From positions 215,016,001 to 215,080,000 of the forward strand of contig OZ024742.1 in assembly GCA_964016885.1 (NCBI GenBank): a stretch of DNA of 64,000 nt. Direction: 5' to 3'. Of this stretch, positions 54,558 to 64,000 are shown in pieces (within the stretch, counting starts at the first letter, position 1; each line of letters starts with the position of its first letter). Under the pieces are notes generated by a model, which was not told the origin of the DNA, made no database searches, and saw only the letters and a list, made by a program, of their open reading frames with translations. Source of the stretch: Eledone cirrhosa (taxonomy: Eukaryota). The translations under genes were made by a program, and so were the position numbers.

Positions 54558-55304
54558 TTGTGTATAAGTAAAGAGAAAGGCTATGTGGTTACTGTAAACA
54601 AAATGTAAGATGGTAATAGGGACGTAAACAAGAGAAGAAGAGTAGCCCTTCATCTGCTGTTTACTGCGGATTATAGATGTTTCGGCGCTTAAAACAGGAC
54701 ATCGATCCCCATACGCCCGATACCTCTTATCCATTAAAAGGCCATGAGAGAAAGAAATGATAGCGAAGAGAAAGGAAGAATGAAAAAAGGGGAAAGAGGA
54801 AAAAGCGAAGTAAAGAAACCGAAAAGAAGGGGGAACACAGGGCTATGCAACATGCAAGTGAATAAGCGAGGAAAAAATAGAATAAGTTAAAACGTACGGA
54901 TGGATATAAATCCTGTGACCATATAACTGCGGAGCAAGGCTTTTCCGCCCGATCTCAGTAAAGTGAGTTTAGAGAGAGAGAGAGAGAGGAAGATGGAGAA
55001 ATGGGAAGTGAGAGGGATAGAGAGAGAGAGGGAGAAGGTAAAGGGGATAAACCGAAATGGGTTTACGACACGTGTGTAACCAGGCCTAAAACGAGCAGAT
55101 GGATAAAGAGAGAGGGGAGAGAAAGAGAGAGAGAGAAAAGGAAGAGAGAGAATGAGAGAGTCGGTAAGAAAGCGTGGTTGGACAACAAATCGAGCAAAAC
55201 AGGTAGAAGAGGGTCACAGCAGTAAATACAAATACAAGTAAAAAGGCGGGCTGTGTGGTTACTGTAAAAAAATATAAAACCGTAGGGAAACTATTTATTA
55301 ATAT

Positions 55305-56290
55305 ATATATATAAAATCAATGTCAAGCAAATAAAGAAACATTTTAAAAATAAATTTCAAAAAACTCACTGTACTTACTATATGTGCCTTTACCGCGGTT
55401 TCTGATCCCAAAATAAATAGATAATCAAAGCGGATTTCCATCAGATGATCGTCAGAAGGCTTTTCTCACTCGGAGAATATAAAATTCTCGAGTTCAAATC
55501 TCATACTTGCGCCACACAAAACTGTTCCCGAATGAGAGTGAATGAGAGAAGAAACAATTCTGTCTAGTACCGTGTGTAAAGGCAAAGGTTAGGTGGACAG
55601 GTCAATGAACTGCTACTAAAAATAGCAGCCGTTCAATCGACCAAAAGTTTTTCTACCGTAGGGGAGAATAATAATAAAAGTATGTATTCCTGCATCTAAA
55701 TAATACACATCGGGGTACAACTATTTTCCAACCGTGGTTCAACGGCAAGTTATAAAAATAACAAGCCAGATATATAAAATCAAGATCAAGCAAATAGAGA
55801 AATATTTTTAACAATAAATTTCAAAACATTCACTGTACTTACTATATGTGCCTTTACCGCTGTTTCTGATCCCAAAATAAATAGATAATCAAAGCGGATA
55901 TCCATTGAGAAAGAGATGATCGTCAGAAGGCTTTTCTTACTCGGAGAATATAAAATTCGCGAGTTCAAATCGCAACTGGCGCCACACAACATTGTCATGT
56001 CCACCTAACCTTTGTCTTTGCACACGGTACCAGACAGAATTGTTTCTTCTCTCATTCGGGAACAATTTTGTGCGGCGCCAGTATGTGATTTGAACTCGAG
56101 AATTTTATATTCTCCCAGTGAGCAAAGCCTTCTGACGATGATCTCTTTCTCAATGGAAATCCGCTTGGATTATCTATTTATTTGGGGATCGGAAACCGCT
56201 GTAAAGGCACATATAGTAAGTACAATGAATTTTTTGAAATTTATTTTAAAACTTTTACTCTATTTGCTTGACATTGATTATATATATATA
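55305..56290. repeat. Triplicated repeat: direct copies 55305-55600 and 55770-55990, inverted copy 55997-56290
   Basis: cactgtacttactatatgtgcctttaccgc block twice forward and once reversed. Confidence 0.85.
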
Positions 56291-56324
56291 TATAAATATA
56301 TATATATAAATATATATATATATA

Positions 56325-56860
56325 AATTACCGGAGGACTATACAACGACGACGGTCTCTTCACCCTGCACAGAATGAACTCCCAGTCCACCCATGGGCTT
56401 CAGAAAAAGCTACTCACTTTCTTCCGTAATTTGGACCTAAAGATCACCACAGATTCAGACATTACTATGGCCAACATCCTAGATTAAACTAGTTCCCACT
56501 ACTACCCCAACCACAACACTAACGAATGCAGTTACTATATTGACTCCAACCAACCAAAAAATATCACAATCTTGCTAGAAACGTATCCCTTAGAATCTTT
56601 CTGTTAATGAAGACATCCTTAGAGCTTCTGCTCCCTACTACAATGAGACTCTAGCCTGCCACTGGTAACATTTTAAGGATAAGATCACCTACATACAGAG
56701 CACACGAAGACCACAATACAGAAATAGGCAAAGGTGAATTAGCTGGTGCAAACACCCCCCTTACACAAGGCGGTGTCTACAAAAATAACTAGGATCTTCT
56801 TTAAACTTTTTAACAAACATTTGCTTACACAACACTATCTTTAACAGACTTTTGTTTGTT
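56325..56860 (+). mobile_element. Old Naiad-type PLE RT fragment
   Basis: GGLYNDDGLF..FFRNLDLKIT..SNQPK..NVSLRI parallels GGLYRDD..SNHPK..NISLRI. Confidence 0.7.
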
Positions 56861-59800
56861 TTTTTTCTAAACCGAGTGACTGATATATATATCAATAATG
56901 ACCTAATAAATGATTATTTAATGTGCCTCAAAATAACTGTAAGATCTCTCCACACTGTCTTATATTTTTACCATTGGAAGACTACATTAGATAATATAGT
57001 CTTAGATGTGGTAATAGAGTGTATGCCCATTTTCGGAAAATTTTTAGACAATAGGTTGGCTTGAAATGGGTTGACAAGGCCCAGAGCAATAAAAGCTCCT
57101 ATAAAGATAGTGCTACTTAGATTACCACAACAACATTTACATTCTTATTTCATATGACTTGTAAGGAAGCTAGTTATTTTGATCGATCGATATTTTCCCT
57201 GATATAAATTTGATATCCAATTGTAGAGGAAAGAAAGGTAGATTTTAAACCGAGTTAGTAATATTTCTTCTTTTTTGATTGTATCTCGAATATTTCACAA
57301 GAAGTCACCAATTTTAATTTTGCTGTTACGATAATGATTGTTATTAGATTTGTTCAGTCTAGAGTACGTATTTTTAAATGAAGTAACCGCAATCTTCCTT
57401 ATCTAATTCACGTTTGAAATAATCATTGTTTTACATAATTAGAATGGCTTTGTCGGGCTCTGTATAAATTCATCGAGATTTGGACGAGAATATTAGACAT
57501 CTGAATTTGCTTTTTCTTTTAACGCGATTGTAACTGTTACGCCAGCGTCTTAAATTATCACCTCCAAATGTTTATTTCATGATCATTTTCTTTTTTTTTA
57601 AATAAACCTCTAATGAATGTTCCATTTTTTTCTATCAATAAAATGGACAAATCGTTAAATGTAGAAGTGACTGTGAAATACTCATGGAATTTCAACATGA
57701 CACAGTGTTTAACATGAAAATTCCTTTGACTTATTCACATTATCCACAAAATTGACCTGCAAGACTTCCAATTCGTTTAATAGTATGCAGTATTATAAAA
57801 TAAAACCATGGACCGACACAGCACTATAGTAAATTATGCTTCACAGCCTGCAGAAAGCAGTCATTTTAAAGTCGATGAGGTTGCAAGTGGAATGAATCAT
57901 TTTGGCAAAAATCATGGAATGTATTCTAGAGAGTCAATGTTCTGTGTAAGGCTTCGTGTAAGGGTTTTTGTGAGACCGGCGAGGGTTGTTAACATTATAT
58001 AAATAATAGACGTGAGAAGGCAAGTCAGTGGAAATTGCCTGCGTGAAGGTGGAATAGTAGAGGCCAGCTTAGAAGGGTAGAGATTATTATTATATTGGTA
58101 GAAATGACAAATGGAGGAGACAGCGATTCTGTATGATTGAAGCTGTGGTATGGTCAACATTTCTAGAGCAGTGGGCCGCATAAAATGTGGATCATCTTAA
58201 AGCAGGCTTCACTACTAAACAATTCAAGGCAATTTTGAAATTAGAAGTGCAATTCAGAATGCCAAACGGGCCAGTGGCGGCTTGCGGCCTGTAGTCCCCC
58301 CATGAATGCTGTAGAGTATCAATGTGACACTTCATGTAAATCAGCCGATTAGATTGTCTCTGCATGCAGCGTAGGAAGTGGGAGGAGTACACTGTGGTGA
58401 TATTTATTTTTAGCATTGTTGTGGATAATTGATTGTTTAAAGTGTATGTATTATCTAGCGCTGAAAAGACAGACCAGTCTTGAAGATGTATTCCAATACT
58501 ATGTTATGAATGCTCGATTGCAATTCTGGCCTTACGGGATTCTGACGCCTAACATTTGACGTGACAGCGAGAGATATTGATGCATATTCGTTATGGTAAA
58601 TTTTGTGACGCTACTCACATCTATGTTAACACAGAAAATACACTGCTCATTTCAAGAGAATGTCATCGGAAATCATGTTCCCTAACTTCAAGTAATTTGA
58701 TATGCACTTACGTTTTCCTGAAATGAAGTATGAAGTATATCTTTTGTGTAAGAATGGACAGTATTTGGCGTAACACTTAGTACATCAATGATTTAGAGAA
58801 GGGGGAACTTTGGGGAATGAAGCAAATCCCTTAAGGCACACAATGTGTAATTTCTCTGAAATTATTTACCAACTTGAACCTTGCCCAAATCACTTGCTAA
58901 TTGCTGCGCTTTCAGTTTCAGAGAAATGATAATATATTTCACAAATATTTACACGACACTTATAAGAATAAGTGCTATACAACCCAAGACTCTTATTCAA
59001 CATTCAACATAATCGTCAAGGAAATGGAAGAATCTGGAAAAATTATCTCACCCTGCATAAGTTAGCCTACAAAAATTAATGATTTAATATTTATTGCATA
59101 TGCCTGCGAGAACTAATTCTTTTTCATGTATACTTCAATTTCGTTTTTTTTTTATTTATTATTATTCTAAACCTTACTGTGTAGTAGAATTCGAATTCAT
59201 ATGCTAACTCATACCATAAGTTAATATATTTAGACAATACATTTAATATTTGAAAATAAATATGGGAATATTGTAAATGTCGATATCTCTCCAGAACATC
59301 AACTTTTACAACTATATTGAATAAATCGTATTAATATCCGAGTATCTTAAGATTTTCTGTGTGAAAATTAATTATATATTTTCGTATTAATTCTGATCTT
59401 GATGATTTAATCATTAGGCACGTATCGTAGATAGGAAATCTCACAATAACTGTTGTTTAAGATGTATTTATCACCACATTAAAAAGATATGTACAGCATA
59501 TATAAACTATTGATTTCTTACGGTTGCACAATGTTGCCAAGATGCGCCGGGTTTGTGTATATGTAATTCGACCATTTCAATGCTAGCACAAACAAGTCAA
59601 AGGGCTTGCATTCGTCAGTGTACGTTAACATAAATTGTAGTGCGTCGTACAAATCTTCCCTGGTCCTAAACTGCTAAGTAATCAATAAGATTCACAGACA
59701 CGGATGAATACATAAAATGTAGACAATCCCCATAACATTTCTATCCTTGACGAAGACACATGAAATGAAATTTCATACTTATACACTGATGTGGAAGTAG

Positions 59801-60521
59801 ATTGCAGACATTACTGTCAACACTGCATTTCGGGAAGATTTGTACGACGCACTACAATTTATATTAACGTACACTGACGAATGCAAGTCCTTTGAGTTAT
59901 CGTCCGATGAGAGACGGTGCATAGGCGCCGATGCTCCATTCTATGAGGTGGGGGGGGGGGGGGGGCTGACCCTGTACCCATCTTTCTTTACCATTCTCTT
60001 GGCTTCATCTAATTCCTCCTGAGTTACCTGGATTGCTTCGCACTTTTTTGCTACTCTGGCAAAAGACAAGGTGGTTTTCTTATTTTCATTGTTGTTGTTG
60101 CTGTTGTTGCTGTTGCTGTTGTCGCAATAGCGATTTCCTAAATTCACGAAATGAAATCTTCTCACGTAGTCCACATGTCTGGAAACACCTCTACCAAAAT
60201 TACAAAGCTCCGTATTGAATAACAATATCATTCTTATTTTCTTATCAACCCGAATATATTTTCCGACTGTTGCAGTTATCTCCCTTACACCTTTCGCCTG
60301 TGGCTTTGAATCGCTTGAGTCAAGTGACCGCTTCTGCGCATGCACGTTCATGCGGTTGTTCTTCCTGTTTCGCATAACTATGACCAGTACGAGGTGAGGA
60401 GCCAATAAGGTGAAACAATTGTTCACGGTATGGTGAACTAACTGTTGTGTTACCAGTTCTACTTAACTCGTCCCATGGACTGAGTGGTCTAACGCTACGG
60501 ATATTACCTTCCAGTGTTCTA

Positions 60522-60576
<55 letters not shown>

Positions 60577-60598
60577 CTCTCTCTCTCTTTCTCTCACT

Positions 60599-60734
<136 letters not shown>

Positions 60735-60815
60735 TATATATATAATCCTTATTACGCCCTCTTCGGATTTTAGTCTTCACTTACTATATAAATAAATAAA
60801 TAAATATCTTTCTCT

Positions 60816-60899
<84 letters not shown>

Positions 60900-60934
60900 C
60901 TCTCTCTCTCTCTATAATATATATATATATATAT

Positions 60935-62113
60935 GAAAGAGAGATATATTTTAACTTTAATTATATATCATAAAATAATACAACTGGCTTTTCCACATAA
61001 TACATATTGTTAGCACCCCAAACACTTAAATTGGGTTTATATTAAAATATAACCTAATGTTTGTTGAGTGAGATGGTTACCAGTCAGAGATTAGCTTTAA
61101 ACTATCTCTGTTATTGTATTAATATTTTACTCTTGATTGGCCAGAGGTGTTTATTTCCAGGTACCTTATAAATTTGACTTTCCGTATTTATTACTGTTGT
61201 GCGATATTGTGGTTTTTATTGGTTGTAACTTCTCTGTTTTTTAGCCTAAGAAAATATATATATGCCTATGTATATAATTACATGCATAGATATATTTTTT
61301 AAAATTAATTGAGTTCTTTACACGAGGAATTGATATTAGTTTTGAAATAGCTAATTAACCCGCGTGTGTTTTATATTTTACTCTTAATTCGGCCGGAGAT
61401 TTACATTCCCATTTGTACTTTAAAGCATAACTTTCCGTATTTACTACGGTTACGAGATGCGGTTTCTTATTCAGGTACAACCTCTGATTTTAGCCTAAGA
61501 AAATATCTATATGCGTGTGTAATTTATACACGCATATATTTATTTTTTAATTTCAATTGAGTTCTTAACACGTTGGATTGATAATGTTTTCGAAAAAACT
61601 GATTAACCCGCGTGTATATTATTTTTTTCCTCCTTTCGTGGATCATAGTTGTCTCCCCTTCCCGCTTAGTGACGCTATAACACTTCCTCAGTCAAAAACT
61701 GCTGGAATTTCAAATTTGCCGGTCATTCGATGCGGGAAGGAGCAATTTAACGGACACGATTTTTAACTTTGGTAAGAAATGTTTTTCTTATATCAAAGTT
61801 TAATGGGCTTCCACTGATGATTTATATGCTCCCACCTAAATATATTCTTACATGAATGTATATTAGGCTTCTACATAAACTGGAAATATTCTCCGAATTT
61901 GTAGAAAACTTATAATGAAACAATTGTTTGGAAAGAGAGATATATTTTAACTTTAATTATATCTCATAAAATAATACAACTGGCTTTTCCACATAATACA
62001 TATTGTTAGCACCCCAAACACTTAAATGGGTTTATATTAAAATATAACCTAATGTTTTTTGAGTGAGATGGTTACCAGTCAGAGATTAGCTTTAAACTAT
62101 CTCTGTTATTGTA

Positions 62114-62118
<5 letters not shown>
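60935..62118. repeat. ~185-bp direct repeats (60935-61125 and 61931-62118) bounding an internally duplicated 0.8-kb segment
   Basis: gaaagagagatatatttt...tgttattgtattaata twice; inner repeat ~61175-61370 and ~61430-61620. Confidence 0.85.
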
Positions 62119-62180
<62 letters not shown>

Positions 62181-62510
62181 CAATAACAATAAATATGAAG
62201 ACTAAAATCCAAAGAGGGCTCGATAAGGAAAAATATATATGAAATATATAAAAACACTAGAGCAAATATATATATATCTATATACTTACATATATGTAGA
62301 GTCCGGATGTGAATCGGGAGGCAACTTCTATTAGAAAAGGTGCTCAATACATTAATAGTGTTTATGTATATTCATCTTAATATGGCAATAACTTCTACTA
62401 GAGAGGAACTGCTTCATTCATAAAAGATTACCAAGAAAATCTTGATGATTTCTCACAAAGGAAACATTTCTATTCCTGTAGAAGTCTTTTCGGTAATAAA
62501 ATTAATATAC

Positions 62511-62558
<48 letters not shown>

Positions 62559-63257
62559 CATTGCCGATTACCTACTCTGTTTTTGTGAGGTTAGGTGTGC
62601 GGTTGGTTACAAGCTAACAAATTCATGGCAAATGGATCCTGTACATTATTTAATATACACTATATAACTATATGTGCATAACGCTATGCGGAAGCACCAA
62701 CAGGATATGACTCTGAATACAAATAAGTTTCACAGCTCATAAACATACACAAAAATCTTTCTTTTACCTCAGCTGAAGTGGGGAGTTATGTAGTATTGCT
62801 AAACGTAAAAGAGCTGAAAACGATCTATTGTCGATTACTTACACCTGCTTTTGGTTACAAACCTAAAAGTAAATAGCGAAATACACTCAAACCATTTTTC
62901 ATAAACATTATATTATCCCATATGCAATACGTACATATATAGTTATAACGCTATGTTGGAGCACCAATACAAACACACACACACACGCACACACACACAC
63001 ACACACATATACACTCACATACATACGTATATTTATATATATATGTGTGTGTGTGTATATATATATATATGTATATATATATACACACACAATGTATGTG
63101 TGTCTGTGTGTGTGTGTGCATCTGTGTGTGTGTGTCTTTGTACACATACACACACACAGATGCACACACACACAGATACACACGGATACATATATATATA
63201 TATATATATATATCAATGATATTAATAAATGGAAACTATATTTATAAATCCATATTT

Positions 63258-63316
63258 ATTGTATTATATATATTTCAAGGGTACCAACACGTTGGTACGC
63301 TGTCATCAGATACAAT
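63258..63316 (-). ncRNA. Minimal type I hammerhead ribozyme (family A)
   Basis: attgtat CTGATGA cagCgtaccaac gt gttggtacCctt GAAA tatata TA atacaat; compensatory change in stem I. Confidence 0.78.
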
Positions 63317-63381
63317 ACAAGTTTGTTTTATAAATATTGACATATCCAGGAAGGAGATGTTAAATTAAATATTCATTTTGG

Positions 63382-63436
<55 letters not shown>

Positions 63437-64000
63437 AACGGGTAGGACCCCGACGGCTGAGCTCAAGCCGTTTCGACGGCTAGTTCTGGACTAAATTAAC
63501 ATTTTTATCCTGGTATATGAGTAGCCGAGCTTCTCAGTTTGCACTAGAATTTTTGTATCGTAGCGGCACCTTTAGAGATAGTATTAGTATTCTTTTTCGG
63601 GATTCTGATTTATTATTTCGTATTAGTTTATTTTCTGCACTGGGTGGTTGCTGGCCTTGTGCCTAGGGTAGAAACAATTATTTCGTATTGGTTCGGGACT
63701 CTGAATTATTATTTCGTGGTAGTTTCTTTAGTATTTTGGCCCCCCACTTGTTGACCTGTGACCGTAAGATATACTCGGTTGATTACTACTACCTCTTAAA
63801 AGGCTCTCATTATAATTCCGTCCCACCTAGTAAACTCTCCTATAGTCTACCAGTATCAGTGAGAGACTTGATGGCTGTCGTTAGGGAAGAATAGTAACCA
63901 GTAATTGTTTTTTATATTTAATTGTTTTTTTTAACTTTGTCGGTATTCTTCTATATATTTACCCCATATTGTTTTACATTTTGTTTCGACTTCCTCCCCC

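Noticed and set aside
58165-58300. hAT-like subterminal gggccgca motifs
   Set aside because: No TIR pair, TSD or transposase motif that I could confirm

Overview
AT-rich eukaryotic DNA with dense (TA)n/(CA)n microsatellites and no recognisable host protein-coding gene. The SINE types suggest an octopod cephalopod (inference). The window is dominated by retroelements: (1) a decayed GC-rich CRE-type non-LTR element with an N-terminal PHD finger (2.2-5.5 kb); (2) many Penelope-like element (PLE) fragments, including a 4.3-kb head-to-head Naiad-type inversion (16.4-20.7 kb); (3) a decayed CsRn1-clade Gypsy element with a tRNA-Trp PBS (24.1-28.7 kb); (4) a very young 17.7-kb tandem array of a Naiad-type PLE with two intact RT+GIY-YIG ORFs of identical protein sequence (30.2-48.0 kb); (5) tRNA-derived SINEs. 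The most striking extra signal is a set of about 10 minimal hammerhead ribozyme (HHR) motifs, read by eye. Six of them, from two sequence families, share an extended stem II with an invariant C-C mismatch at pair 4 and covarying stems. Several others sit inside small fold-back (inverted-repeat) elements next to (TA)n. Most ORFs in the supplied track are microsatellite artefacts. All alignments and folds were done by eye, and boundaries of decayed elements are approximate.
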